A DNA stretch of 60,463 nucleotides from Clostridia bacterium (GCA_024404015.1 JAKSQQ010000001.1:1-60463); one strand, 5' to 3'; counted from the stretch's first letter, positions 26,998 through 37,439 are shown. The notes: a model not told the origin generated them from the sequence alone. Numbers and translations are program-made.

Positions 26998-27464
26998 GAC
27001 AGGGTTATGACGTTCACCGCCTTGCCGCAGGCAGAAAGCTCATTGTGGGCGGGGTGGAAATAGAATACGAAAAAGGTCTGCTGGGACACTCCGATGCGGA
27101 CGTCCTGCTTCATGCAATTGCCGATTCCCTGCTGGGTGCGGCGGCTCTCGGAGATATCGGCTGCCTCTTCCCCGATAACGACCCTCAGTATGAGGGGGCA
27201 GACAGTCTGATTTTACTTAAAAAAGTGGCGGAGTACTTGAAAAATAACGGTTTCTCCATCGTGAATATTGACTCTACGATTATTGCTCAATCGCCTAAAA
27301 TGAAGCCCTGGATTCCTCAGATGAGAGCCAATATTGCCCTTGCCTGCGACATGAATGTTTCTTGCGTCAGCGTCAAGGCCACCACCGAGGAAAAAATGGG
27401 ATTTACGGGTGAAGGACTGGGCATAGCCGCTCAGGCAATCGCTCTTGTTGAAAAAAACAACTGA
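26985..27464 (+). CDS. ispF: 2-C-methyl-D-erythritol 2,4-cyclodiphosphate synthase
   Basis: [32 protein letters not shown]. Confidence 0.98.
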   Translation: MLRIGQGYDVHRLAAGRKLIVGGVEIEYEKGLLGHSDADVLLHAIADSLLGAAALGDIGCLFPDNDPQYEGADSLILLKKVAEYLKNNGFSIVNIDSTIIAQSPKMKPWIPQMRANIALACDMNVSCVSVKATTEEKMGFTGEGLGIAAQAIALVEKNN

Positions 27465-27491
27465 ATTTTTTGTGAACAGTTTCCGATTTGA

Positions 27492-27520
27492 TTGAAAACG
27501 GGATTTTGCTGTGCTATTAT
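27492..27520 (+). promoter_or_regulatory. Sigma-A promoter of cdaA-cdaR
   Basis: TTGAAA, 17 nt, TATTAT with an extended TG. Confidence 0.6.
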
Positions 27521-27550
27521 TAAATGTACAACTAAACGGGTGGTATTGTT

Positions 27551-28453
27551 ATGTATCTTGATATCGTAACCTTCAGCGAGAGCTTTTCCGCAAAGTTCAT
27601 CGATTATTTCAATAAAATCGCATCTCTGAGCTTCGGCATTTCCGATATACTGGATATTATTTTTGTTGCGGTCGTTATTTTTCTCGGTATCCGTCTTATC
27701 AGAGGTACGAAGGCACTCTATATCGTCAAGGGACTTGTTGCCCTCGCTCTGATGTACCTGATTGCGATTATTTTCAATATGGAGGTCACCTCCTATCTTT
27801 TCAAATATTTATTTTCAAATATTTTCCTGCTTCTCGTCATCATTTTCCAGGAAGAAATCCGCCAGCTTGTTGCCAAACTCGGCAGAAGCAATCTCGGTGG
27901 TATCAGGTCCGTGTTCGGCGGTGACGGCGCAAACAGCGAAGAGGTGGTAAACTCCGCCATTGTTGAAATATGCAAAGCCGTACAGAGAATGTCCGACAGT
28001 AAAACGGGCGCTCTTATAGTAATGGAAAAGGGTATGCTTTCAACGGAAATCACCAATACGGGTACTCTTGTTGACGCTGCTATTTCCCACGAGCTTGTGG
28101 GCAATATTTTCTATCCCAAATCACCCCTTCATGACGGTGCGGCTATTGTCCGTGACGGCAGAATTTACAAGGCGGGATGTGTTCTTCCTCTTGCCGCAAG
28201 AGGGGATATTCCCAGTGAACTGGGTACAAGACACAGAGCCGCCATCGGTATGAGTGAAAATTCCGATGCCCTTGTTGTGGTCGTTTCGGAGGAAACAGGT
28301 CAGATTTCCGTTGCCTTAGGCGGCGAGCTTACCCGTGATTATACCGAAAGTGACCTTCGTGAAAAGATGATTGATTACGTTATCGGTACGGCAAATCAGA
28401 AGGAAAATGCCGGCTTGTTCGGTAAAATTTTCAGAAAAGGTTCAAAGAAATGA
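27551..28453 (+). CDS. cdaA: Diadenylate cyclase CdaA/DacA
   Basis: Three N-terminal TMs, PLHDGA, LGTRHRAA, VSEETG. Confidence 0.96.
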   Translation: MYLDIVTFSESFSAKFIDYFNKIASLSFGISDILDIIFVAVVIFLGIRLIRGTKALYIVKGLVALALMYLIAIIFNMEVTSYLFKYLFSNIFLLLVIIFQEEIRQLVAKLGRSNLGGIRSVFGGDGANSEEVVNSAIVEICKAVQRMSDSKTGALIVMEKGMLSTEITNTGTLVDAAISHELVGNIFYPKSPLHDGAAIVRDGRIYKAGCVLPLAARGDIPSELGTRHRAAIGMSENSDALVVVVSEETGQISVALGGELTRDYTESDLREKMIDYVIGTANQKENAGLFGKIFRKGSKK

Positions 28454-29712
28454 ATAAACGAGGATTATTAGACAAAATAGTAAGCAATAATTTTGTTTTG
28501 GCGGTCATTGCAGTGTTTGTTGCCTCCTTTATCTGGCTTTATATAGCAGTTGAAAAGAACGTTCCCACCACGCTTACGTTCTACGAACTGAACATCAATG
28601 CACCGGCGCTGGAAACAATTGAAAAGACCTACGGTCTTCATTGCTACGGTCTTGAAAATTCGGAGTCCCGGGTGACCGTAAGCGGATTGAAATATGTTCT
28701 CGGCGGTAAGAATTTCAAAGAAAATATCATGGTCAACGTTGACGTGAGCAAGATTTTTGAAGTTGGCGAATACATTATCCCCATTGAAGCTGCCGTCAAT
28801 AATTCCGATTCAAGCACCCAGGTGGTGTCCGTCACTCCCGATACGGTTTCCCTCTATTTTGACAGACCCATGACCGCGGTTTTTGAGCCGGAAATAACTC
28901 TGAAAAATGCCGACGACTATGCAGTTGACGGCTTCACCTGCGGTGATCCCACCACTAACGTCATCAAGGTTACCGGACCCTCGTCCGAAGTGAAAAAAAT
29001 AGAAAAAATCGTTGCAACCGTTGACTTGAACAGAAATCTTGATGATACCGCAACCTATTCCGCAGATTATAATGTTGTCACCGTTGACGGCTCATCCCTC
29101 AAGTATTCCAAGCTTGACGCAGCAGACAGAATTGAGGTTACCATTCCCGTTTATCAGATAAAAGACTTCGGCATGAGCGCTGACTTTGTAAACGCTCCCG
29201 AAGAGTACGAAAACTTCACCTCTTTCAGAATTACCCCCGATAATATCAGCGCGGGATTTATTCCCAGCAGTATTGACGATGTTGAAAACGTTGCAATTGA
29301 GATTGACTACGCTTCTCTTCAGCCGGGTATGAATACAATCAATGTTACCGCAGACGAGGTGGAGGCGTATAACGGCTGCCTTATCGGTGATGAAGTCGAG
29401 GGCTTTACCGTGGTGATTATGACAGCAAACGTTGCCACCAAATCCGTAACCGTATCTCCCAAAAACATTGAGATAAAAGGCGGAAACGGCTCCGTCAAGG
29501 GAATTGCGGCCTCTGCGGTTACCATAGCAGGCCCAATAGCCGCAGTTTCGGAATATGAAAGCTCAAACATCCGTCTTTATGCCGATATCAGCGGCGTCAA
29601 GGTTGAAAAAGGTGTCGTGGATATTCCTCTGCGTCTTGAGGACGGCAGTAAATGCTGGCTTCTTCGCGGCGGCGAATACGGTGAGCCGGTAGTGACCATA
29701 GAAATCGAATAA
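28450..29712 (+). CDS. cdaR: CdaR/YbbR-domain regulator
   Basis: N-terminal TM then repeated YbbR-like beta domains (VTVSG, IKVTGP, VTIAGP); overlaps the cdaA stop. Confidence 0.85.
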   Translation: MNKRGLLDKIVSNNFVLAVIAVFVASFIWLYIAVEKNVPTTLTFYELNINAPALETIEKTYGLHCYGLENSESRVTVSGLKYVLGGKNFKENIMVNVDVSKIFEVGEYIIPIEAAVNNSDSSTQVVSVTPDTVSLYFDRPMTAVFEPEITLKNADDYAVDGFTCGDPTTNVIKVTGPSSEVKKIEKIVATVDLNRNLDDTATYSADYNVVTVDGSSLKYSKLDAADRIEVTIPVYQIKDFGMSADFVNAPEEYENFTSFRITPDNISAGFIPSSIDDVENVAIEIDYASLQPGMNTINVTADEVEAYNGCLIGDEVEGFTVVIMTANVATKSVTVSPKNIEIKGGNGSVKGIAASAVTIAGPIAAVSEYESSNIRLYADISGVKVEKGVVDIPLRLEDGSKCWLLRGGEYGEPVVTIEIE

Positions 29713-29723
29713 GCCCGTTCTTC

Positions 29724-29761
29724 AAGGTGCTTCCCTTCGGGGAGGCACTTTTTTATTTTTT
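29724..29761 (+). terminator. Intrinsic terminator after cdaR
   Basis: GTGCTTCCC-TTCG-GGGAGGCAC followed by a T-run. Confidence 0.9.
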
Positions 29762-29853
29762 GCGGCATAAGGGTTGATTCTGTCTGTTTCCGCCGTATTT
29801 TGCGTTTTTATATTCCCTTATATAAATTTAATATATAATTTATAAGAAAATTA

Positions 29854-29882
29854 TTGAATTTTATAAAAGGGTTTGATATAAT
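29854..29882 (+). promoter_or_regulatory. Sigma-A promoter of the lipoprotein/two-component run
   Basis: TTGAAT, 17 nt, TATAAT with an extended TG. Confidence 0.75.
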
Positions 29883-29935
29883 GGCATAGATTAGATTGGG
29901 TCATAATGTTTTGACCGTGAAAAGGAGTGAGGCAA

Positions 29936-31288
29936 ATGAAAAAACGAGCTTTCGGCCTGGCCGTTGCGGCGGTTGTGCTTTGCCTTTCTCTGTGCTCCTG
30001 CAGCTCCCCGGTAATCATCCGCACGGTTGATTCCCTGCTTACTCCTCCTCTCTATTATTCCGAATATGAGGGCCTTGTTGATGCCTTCCATACCTCGGTG
30101 GGAGGCAACATGATTCTCTGCAGTCCCATTGAGGGGGATAATCTTTCCGCCATCACGGTTACGGACCTTGACGGAGACGGTATTGAGGAGGGCATCATTT
30201 TCTACAAGGATGCCTTTGAATCCGATATCGCCAAGTTTTCCGTTTTTGTCAATGAAGGCGAAACCTGGAAAAAGAGGGGCTCCTATACCGGCTACGGCAA
30301 CGAAATCAAATCTCTGACCCTTACGGATTTTGACGGTGACTCCTGCAAGGATATCCTGGTTATATGGAATTATTCCGGTATCAACGGCGGCAGCGTCTTT
30401 TCGGTTTACCGCTCGGCAACAGACCATATTGAATACGATGAGGTAATGTTCCAGAGCTGTGATATTATCAGGACCATCGACATGGACGGTGACTTAAAAA
30501 ACGAAATTTTCTTCATTTCCACGCTGATTGATAATAACGCCTCCACCAGAAGCGCCCTGCTCTATAAATTTGACAAGACAAAATTCAAGGAAATCGGCTC
30601 CGCTCCCGTTGACCCCTTTGTGGGAAGCTACATTTCGTTCTGTGCCGAGTCCGTAGGAGGCAATTCACCCCTTACGGTTTACGTTGACGGTGTCAAGACA
30701 AATAATGTTGTGATTACGGAGGCAATAAGCTGGGACGATTCAAAGGGTGAGCTTACCTCCTTCTTCTATGATGAAGAAACAGGCACCAATACCGCCACCA
30801 TAAGATTCGAGCAGATAAAGTGTACGGATATTGACGGAGACGACCTGGTGGAGATTCCCGTTCAAAAGCCCTTTGACGAAAACGTGGACAGTGCGGATAT
30901 GCTTTACGTTACGGAGTGGACAAGATTTTACAACGGCAGACCCTATACGGTAAAGAGAACTTACGTTAATACCGAAGACGGCTATGCGGTTGACCTTGAT
31001 AAGCTTCCCGTGGATGAGCCCTTCGTCAGAAAGCAGGCGGGCGGCGACTGGTCAAGCTGGTCGGTTTACACCGAGGATGACGACTCGCCTCTTGATAACA
31101 CCCTGTTCACCATAGTTGATATTCCCAAGGAACGCTGGGAAAAAGAAATCAATTCGGAAGAATCCGGTTACGTCACTATTCTTAAAAAGAATGACAGCGT
31201 AATCTGTGTAAAAATAAACAGTAACGGAACAAATGCAGGTATTGATGCTGATTCAATCAAAAAGATTGTTATTCAGCTTCCCGCCTGA
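29936..31288 (+). CDS. Lipoprotein with FG-GAP/VCBS-like DxDGD repeats
   Basis: MKKR, hydrophobic stretch, LCSC lipobox; DLDGDGIEE, DFDGDSCKD, DMDGDLKNE, DIDGDDLVE. Confidence 0.8.
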   Translation: MKKRAFGLAVAAVVLCLSLCSCSSPVIIRTVDSLLTPPLYYSEYEGLVDAFHTSVGGNMILCSPIEGDNLSAITVTDLDGDGIEEGIIFYKDAFESDIAKFSVFVNEGETWKKRGSYTGYGNEIKSLTLTDFDGDSCKDILVIWNYSGINGGSVFSVYRSATDHIEYDEVMFQSCDIIRTIDMDGDLKNEIFFISTLIDNNASTRSALLYKFDKTKFKEIGSAPVDPFVGSYISFCAESVGGNSPLTVYVDGVKTNNVVITEAISWDDSKGELTSFFYDEETGTNTATIRFEQIKCTDIDGDDLVEIPVQKPFDENVDSADMLYVTEWTRFYNGRPYTVKRTYVNTEDGYAVDLDKLPVDEPFVRKQAGGDWSSWSVYTEDDDSPLDNTLFTIVDIPKERWEKEINSEESGYVTILKKNDSVICVKINSNGTNAGIDADSIKKIVIQLPA

Positions 31289-31302
31289 CAGGAGATGAAA
31301 GT

Positions 31303-32001
31303 ATGAAAAAGGTACTCATAGCAGAAGACGAGTCAGCTATCAGAGATTTTGTGGTAATCAATCTTAAGAGAGGCGGCTACGACGTAACCGAAGCGGTTGA
31401 CGGTGCCGATGCACTTGAAAAATACAATGAATGCGGCGGAGATATAGACGTTGCGGTGTTGGATGTAATGATGCCGAATGTCGACGGACTTGAGGTATGC
31501 AGACAGCTTCGTGCAAAGAGCAATAATATCGGTATCATCATGCTTACCGCCAAAGCCCAGGAAATGGATAAAATCACCGGGCTTATGGTGGGTGCGGATG
31601 ACTATATCACCAAGCCCTTTTCTCCCTCCGAGCTTGTGGCGAGAGTGGATGCCATTTACCGCAGAGTTGCAATGAACAATACCCGCACGGTCACTCCGTC
31701 TGACGTAATTGAAATGGGTGAATTTGCTCTTAACCTTCGTTCCCGTTCCCTTACCAAAAACGGCAGGTTTGTGGAGCTGACACAGGTTGAATTTCAGATG
31801 ATGGAATATTTCTTTGCCAATCCCGATGTTCCTCTTACCAGGACCGATATACTCACAAAGGTATGGGGCAACGAATATTTCGGTGAAGAAAAGATTGTTG
31901 ACGTTAATATCAGACGACTGCGCATGAAGGTGGAGGATGAGCCCTCCGTTCCCAGACACCTGCTTACAATCTGGGGAGTCGGCTATAAATGGCAGGTATG
32001 A
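31303..32001 (+). CDS. OmpR/PhoB-family response regulator
   Basis: AEDE, LDVMMP, GADDYITKPF, VDVNIRRLRMK, TIWGVGY. Confidence 0.96.
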   Translation: MKKVLIAEDESAIRDFVVINLKRGGYDVTEAVDGADALEKYNECGGDIDVAVLDVMMPNVDGLEVCRQLRAKSNNIGIIMLTAKAQEMDKITGLMVGADDYITKPFSPSELVARVDAIYRRVAMNNTRTVTPSDVIEMGEFALNLRSRSLTKNGRFVELTQVEFQMMEYFFANPDVPLTRTDILTKVWGNEYFGEEKIVDVNIRRLRMKVEDEPSVPRHLLTIWGVGYKWQV

Positions 32002-32033
32002 TTATTTAAGACAGCGAAAGCGGGGTGAGGGCA

Positions 32034-33476
32034 ATGAAGTATATGAGCATTACAAAGCGTTGGTTTATCAACGTTGCTTCCATATTCTTTGCCATTCTTA
32101 TCGCCGTTTCCGTTGGAGTATTCTTCCTTATCAGAGCTTATTATTACGGTGCCGCCGAAATGCAGGTGAAGGAACTGAGCTACGGTGAGGTTTCCTCTAT
32201 CTTCGCTCTTTACGGAGCCAAAAACAGCGGCTTTGAAGAAGCGGCACGTCAGTATGTTGATAATTATCAGAATAAGGACAAGCTGGCGGTGTGGACCATT
32301 AACAGTAAAGGACGGGTAATAGTTTCCTCAAACGGCTTTACCATTCGTGAAGCGGTTGATATGCCCGATTATAACGAGGCAATTTCCAATGAAGAACACA
32401 GCGCCATGTGGGTGGGCAAGCTTCCTTCAGGCGAAAAAATCATGGCATATACCTGTGCTTACTATTACGAAAACGGCACACTTGCAGGAGCAATAAGATA
32501 CATGGTTTCCATGGATGCGGTTGACGAGCAGCTCAGCGTGTTTGCCGCACTCATCATCATAGTATCCCTTTTCTGCTTTGCGGCCCTCTTCCTATCCGGT
32601 ATGGTATTTGTACGTTCAATCGTTAATCCCGTAAAGGATATCGGTGCTACCGCAAAAAAGATTGCCGGCGGCGACCTTAACGCAAGCATAGACAGTTATC
32701 CCTATAACGATGAAATCGGTGAGCTTTGCAATACCATCAACGATATGGCGGATAAGCTTTCCGAGTCAGACAGATTAAAGAACGATTTCATTTCCACCGT
32801 TTCCCACGAACTGCGTACACCCCTTACCGCTATTAAGGGCTGGGGCGAGACTCTTCAGCAAATCGGTGACAGTGACCCGGGTATGACAAGCAGGGGAATG
32901 GATATAATCATAAGCGAGTCCACCCGCCTTAACGAAATGGTTGAGGAGCTTCTTGACTTCTCAAGAATGAGCGGCGGAAGAATGAAGCTCAATAAAGAAA
33001 AAACAGATTACCTTGCAGAGCTTGACGAGGTCGTGTTCGCCTTCAGAGACAGAACTCTGCGTGAGGGCATTGAGGTAAATTACAATGTTCCCGCAGACCC
33101 TGCACCGGGTATGGCAGATCCCTCAAGACTCAGACAGGTGTTTATCAATATCCTTGACAATGCGGTCAAATACTCCGAGCAGGGCGGCAAGATAAACGTC
33201 TCGGCGCAAATCAGCACCGAATATCTTGAAATCACCATTGCAGATTCGGGTGTAGGTATTGCCCCCGAGGATTTACCCCACGTCAAAGAGAAATTCTATA
33301 AGGCAAATAATACCATCCGCGGCTCGGGTATCGGTCTTGCGGTATGTGACGAAATAATACGGCTTCACGACGGTCAGCTTGATATTGACAGCGTCTACGG
33401 TCAGGGTACCACGGTAAGGGTTATCCTTCCGCTTGATGTAAACAGCAATTCAAAGGAGAATACGGAGAATGAGTAA
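32034..33476 (+). CDS. Sensor histidine kinase (2 TM, HAMP, HisKA, HATPase)
   Basis: DEIGEL, SHELRTPLT, NILDNAVKY, DSGVGI, GSGIGL. Confidence 0.96.
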   Translation: MKYMSITKRWFINVASIFFAILIAVSVGVFFLIRAYYYGAAEMQVKELSYGEVSSIFALYGAKNSGFEEAARQYVDNYQNKDKLAVWTINSKGRVIVSSNGFTIREAVDMPDYNEAISNEEHSAMWVGKLPSGEKIMAYTCAYYYENGTLAGAIRYMVSMDAVDEQLSVFAALIIIVSLFCFAALFLSGMVFVRSIVNPVKDIGATAKKIAGGDLNASIDSYPYNDEIGELCNTINDMADKLSESDRLKNDFISTVSHELRTPLTAIKGWGETLQQIGDSDPGMTSRGMDIIISESTRLNEMVEELLDFSRMSGGRMKLNKEKTDYLAELDEVVFAFRDRTLREGIEVNYNVPADPAPGMADPSRLRQVFINILDNAVKYSEQGGKINVSAQISTEYLEITIADSGVGIAPEDLPHVKEKFYKANNTIRGSGIGLAVCDEIIRLHDGQLDIDSVYGQGTTVRVILPLDVNSNSKENTENE

Positions 33477-34509
33477 AGAAAATTATGTAGCAGTCGGCGG
33501 CCAGGCGCTGATGGAGGGCATTATGATGCGCGGACCTAAAGGCACCGCAATGTCCTGCCGCCTTCCCGACGGTACCATTGATACGGAAATGAAGGAGTTT
33601 ACCTCACTTCGTAAAAAATATAAATTTTTTAATATCCCCATCATCAGAGGTGTTGTATCTTTCATTGAATCCATGATTATGGGATACAAGCTTCTTATGG
33701 AATCGGCAGAGAAAACCTCAATGGATTTAGGTGACGAGCCGGCGGAGTCAAAAATTGATAAGTGGATTGAGGAGCATTTCGGTCCCAAAATGATGGCTGT
33801 CATCGGTGCAATCGCATCCGTACTGGGTATCGGACTTGCCTTCGTGCTTTTCTTCTGGATGCCCTCATTCGTTTATGACCTTGTCAACAATAAGCTTTTC
33901 CCCGCAGTTGACCTTACCCGTTTCTGCGCACTTATTGAAGGAATAATCAGAATCATCATCTTTGTGCTGTATATGTACCTTACCTCAAAGATGAAAGAAA
34001 TTCACAGAGTATATATGTATCACGGTGCGGAGCATAAGACCATTTTCTGCTTTGAACACGGTCACGAGCTTACTCCCGAAAACATTATGAAGGAAAAACG
34101 CTTCCACCCCAGGTGCGGTACAAGTTTCATCTTTGTTACCATCATTCTCAGTATTCTTATTTCTTCTCTCGTTGTACTGATTTTTCCCGGTGTAAGAGAA
34201 TCGAGAATAATCTGGATTTGTGTCAAGCTTCTTCTCCTTCCTCTCATTATGGGCTTCGGCTTTGAATTTATTCAGCTTGCGGGCAAATATCCCAATAAAT
34301 TTACAAAAGCTCTTTCCGCTCCCGGACTTCTTATGCAGAGAATAACAACGGCTGAGCCGGATGAAGCAATCTGTGAGGTTGCCATTGCCGCTATGCAGGC
34401 GTGCCTGAGCGGTGAAGCTCCCAAAAAGGAAGAGAAACAGCCCGAAGAAGAGATTACCGAAGAAGCTGCTGAAGAAACCGAGCAGGAGCAAAGCGATGAC
34501 ATACAGTGA
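33469..34509 (+). CDS. DUF1385 (YqhQ-like) membrane protein
   Basis: GGQALMEGIMM, YHGAEHK, HPRCGTSF; upstream of prmC. Confidence 0.92.
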   Translation: MSKENYVAVGGQALMEGIMMRGPKGTAMSCRLPDGTIDTEMKEFTSLRKKYKFFNIPIIRGVVSFIESMIMGYKLLMESAEKTSMDLGDEPAESKIDKWIEEHFGPKMMAVIGAIASVLGIGLAFVLFFWMPSFVYDLVNNKLFPAVDLTRFCALIEGIIRIIIFVLYMYLTSKMKEIHRVYMYHGAEHKTIFCFEHGHELTPENIMKEKRFHPRCGTSFIFVTIILSILISSLVVLIFPGVRESRIIWICVKLLLLPLIMGFGFEFIQLAGKYPNKFTKALSAPGLLMQRITTAEPDEAICEVAIAAMQACLSGEAPKKEEKQPEEEITEEAAEETEQEQSDDIQ

Positions 34510-35317
34510 GGCGCTGAAATATTGCGGTGACCTTTTCAGAGATAACGGCATTGACAATTACGGTAACGAAAGCCGCTGGCTTCTGGAAAGCGTTGACGAT
34601 TCCTACCTGCTGAAGCTCCGTGACGAAATGGATGATGAGGATGCGGCGGATTATTTCGCACTTGCGGACAGACGTGTCTGCGGAGAACCCCTTCAGTACC
34701 TTATCGGCAGTTGGGAATTTTACGGCAGGGAATTTTACGTTGGTGAAGGAGTACTCATTCCGAGACCCGAAACGGAAATGCTTGTTGACTTTGCTCTGGA
34801 CTATCTCAGAGATAAGCAGAATCCCGTGGTGATTGATTTATGTGCGGGTACGGGCTGTATCGGTCTTACCGTAGCCGCCGAAAGGAAGGATGCAAAGGTA
34901 ATCCTTCTTGAAAAGTACGATGGTGCCTTCGGGTATCTTCAGAGAAATAAAGACAGAATTGCTCCTCTCAATGGGGAGCTTATACAGGGAGACGTGTTTG
35001 ACGAAAACCTCACTCTCCCCAAGGCGGATTTGATTCTTTCTAATCCTCCCTATATCAAAAGCGATGAAATTGCTTCTCTGCAAAAGGAAGTCCTTGTTGA
35101 GCCCCGTACCGCCCTTGACGGCGGAGAGGACGGACTGTTATTCTACCGTGCAATTAAAAACATCCGTCACCGTCTGGGTAATCCCGCCGCCGCCTTTGAG
35201 TGCGGTGAGGAACAGGCAGAGGATATTATCCGTATTTTCGGCACGGGATATTCCCTCAAAGATTTCAACGACGTTGACAGAGCAGTAATCATCAAAGGAG
35301 ATTCAGATGATATTTGA
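34496..35317 (+). CDS. prmC: Release factor glutamine methyltransferase
   Basis: GEPLQYLIG, VLIPRPETE, DLCAGTG, SNPPYI, ALDGGEDGL; start set at MTYSEA. Confidence 0.95.
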   Translation: MTYSEALKYCGDLFRDNGIDNYGNESRWLLESVDDSYLLKLRDEMDDEDAADYFALADRRVCGEPLQYLIGSWEFYGREFYVGEGVLIPRPETEMLVDFALDYLRDKQNPVVIDLCAGTGCIGLTVAAERKDAKVILLEKYDGAFGYLQRNKDRIAPLNGELIQGDVFDENLTLPKADLILSNPPYIKSDEIASLQKEVLVEPRTALDGGEDGLLFYRAIKNIRHRLGNPAAAFECGEEQAEDIIRIFGTGYSLKDFNDVDRAVIIKGDSDDI

Positions 35318-35999
35318 CTTAATTCGTAACGGATTTTCAACACAGACGATTATTAACCTTCTGGTGCGTGTGTTCACGGTGTTCTGTGTTCTTCCCATAC
35401 ATGAATTTGCCCATGCCTTCGTGGCTGATCGTCTCGGTGACGATACGCCGCGTCTTAAAGGCAGACTTTCACTCAATCCTCTTGACCACCTTGACTTATT
35501 TGGTGTGATTATGATTTTTCTCTGCGGCTTCGGTTATGCAAAACCCGTACCCGTAAATCCGAGAAATTTCAAAAACCGTAAAGCAGGTATGGCGATTACC
35601 GCGCTGGCAGGCCCTGTTTCGAATTTTATTATGGCGTTCTTCTTCGCCTTTATCGCCAACCTCACTTTCGTGGCGTATATAAAAAATCCGGATACGACTT
35701 TGCTCAGCGTGTCGTATATGTTCTTCTATTACGCGGCATCAATAAATGTTTGCCTCGCACTTTTCAATCTTTTACCCATTATGCCTCTTGACGGTTCAAG
35801 ATTGCTGAATCTCATCTTACCCGAGAAATATTATTTTCAGATAATGAAGTATGAGAAATACATTCTGATAGGTCTGTTCTTCTTTATGGTTTCGGGTATT
35901 TTCAGCAGACCCTTCTCATCCTTGTGTAATATCGTCCTCGCCGGAATAATCAGAATCACCTCCCTTCCTCTCGGAGGTCTCGGTGCGTATCTGGCGTGA
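35307..35999 (+). CDS. Site-2 protease family (M50) membrane zinc metalloprotease
   Basis: HEFAH, AGPVSN, FNLLPIMPLDG. Confidence 0.93.
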   Translation: MIFDLIRNGFSTQTIINLLVRVFTVFCVLPIHEFAHAFVADRLGDDTPRLKGRLSLNPLDHLDLFGVIMIFLCGFGYAKPVPVNPRNFKNRKAGMAITALAGPVSNFIMAFFFAFIANLTFVAYIKNPDTTLLSVSYMFFYYAASINVCLALFNLLPIMPLDGSRLLNLILPEKYYFQIMKYEKYILIGLFFFMVSGIFSRPFSSLCNIVLAGIIRITSLPLGGLGAYLA

Positions 36000-36025
36000 A
36001 TCCTCAGCTGATAGGAGTTATTTTA

Positions 36026-36763
36026 GTGGAAAAGGTACAGATTCAATACAAGCTTGAAGTTTTTGAAGGCCCTATGGACCTGCTGCTTCAGCTTATAAGT
36101 AAAAAACAGGTCAGCATCAATGACGTACCCATTATGGAAATCATTGAGCAGTATCTTGAATATGTAAAGGCGCTTCAGGAGGATGACCTGGAAATATCCG
36201 GTGAATTTCTTGAAATGGCAGCCCGCCTTATTTACATCAAGACGGTTTCTCTTCTTCCCGTTCACGAGGAAGCGGAAAAGCTTGTTGAGGAGCTTCGCGG
36301 TGAATTGATTGAATACCGTGACTGTAAGCTTGTGGCGGGTAAGCTCAGAGAATCCGGCAAGGGCTTTGACTATCTTTGCAGAGAGCCGGAGGAAATTGAG
36401 GTGGATATGACCTATACACGTATCCACGAGCCGCTTGATTTATTCAAGGCATATATTGCCGCGGTGGGTAAGGGACTGCGTAAGCTCCCTCCTCCCGTTG
36501 AGGCATTCAAGGGCATAGTAGCCCATAAAATAGTATCCGTTGCATCAAGAGTAAACGCCATCATTGACAGATTCAAAAAAGGAGACAGACATAAGTTTGA
36601 CGATTTCTTTTCCGAATCCGAGTCAAGAAGCGAAATGGTTGCCACCTTCCTTGCATTGCTTGCCATGGTAAAGGCAAAGAGAATTTATGTTGACGGCGAC
36701 CTTGATAATCCCGATATCGTACTGATGCAGGGCAGAGGGGAGGAATTGGAAATTGACGAATGA
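36026..36763 (+). CDS. scpA: Segregation and condensation protein A
   Basis: FEGPMDLLL, FLEMAARL, VATFLALL; GTG start behind AGGAG. Confidence 0.95.
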   Translation: MEKVQIQYKLEVFEGPMDLLLQLISKKQVSINDVPIMEIIEQYLEYVKALQEDDLEISGEFLEMAARLIYIKTVSLLPVHEEAEKLVEELRGELIEYRDCKLVAGKLRESGKGFDYLCREPEEIEVDMTYTRIHEPLDLFKAYIAAVGKGLRKLPPPVEAFKGIVAHKIVSVASRVNAIIDRFKKGDRHKFDDFFSESESRSEMVATFLALLAMVKAKRIYVDGDLDNPDIVLMQGRGEELEIDE

Positions 36764-37424
36764 TGAACTCAGAGCGGCCATAGAAGCCATACTTTTCGCT
36801 TCCGGTGAGCCGCTGGAGGTTACAAGAATAGCAGAGGCACTTGAGATAGATGTTGAAATGGTGCAGGCATTCATGTTTGAAATAGGTGCCGCCCTTGACA
36901 ACAGAGGAAGCGGTATATGTCTTCTCAAGCTCGGCAACAAGTATCAGCTCTGCTCCAGAGTTGAATATGCCCAGCAGATAAGAGATGTACTTGACCTTAA
37001 AAAGAATATTCCTCTCTCAAATGCCGCACTTGAAGTGCTTGCGGTGGTGGCTTATAACCAGCCCGTTACCAAAGCATACGTTGAACAGGTAAGAGGCGTT
37101 GACTGCTCGGGTGTAGTCAATACCCTTTGTCAGAAAGGACTTCTTGAGGAGAGGGGACGGCTGGAGCTTCCCGGCAGACCGCTTCTTTACGGTACTACCC
37201 CGAATTTCCTCAGATGCTTCTGTCTGACTACCCTTGCCGATTTGCCCGAGCTTCCCGAAAAGATTGAAGACAGAGATATCCCCGATCCCGAGGATGAAAT
37301 CGACAGCTCCCAGGGTGAGCAGATTCGCAGTTTTTTCCAGTCTGAAATTGACGAGGCGGTTGCGAAAAAGGAAGACAGAGAATCCCCATCGGCAGACGAA
37401 GCTATTCGTAACGAAGATGAATGA
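36753..37424 (+). CDS. scpB: Segregation and condensation protein B
   Basis: IEAILFASGEP, LEVLAVVAYNQPVT, RGV, GRPLLYGTT. Confidence 0.96.
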   Translation: MTNDELRAAIEAILFASGEPLEVTRIAEALEIDVEMVQAFMFEIGAALDNRGSGICLLKLGNKYQLCSRVEYAQQIRDVLDLKKNIPLSNAALEVLAVVAYNQPVTKAYVEQVRGVDCSGVVNTLCQKGLLEERGRLELPGRPLLYGTTPNFLRCFCLTTLADLPELPEKIEDRDIPDPEDEIDSSQGEQIRSFFQSEIDEAVAKKEDRESPSADEAIRNEDE

Positions 37425-37439
37425 TAAGGAGGTGAACCG

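Noticed and set aside
29817-29850. AT-rich imperfect repeats upstream of the lipoprotein promoter as an OmpR-type site
   Set aside because: Nearly pure A/T, so it cannot be told apart from an UP element or chance.
35307-35999. Site-2 protease as the dedicated activator of the membrane-bound sigma-like protein
   Set aside because: It is 16 kb away and sits beside scpA, a common position in Clostridia; nothing in the sequence links the two.
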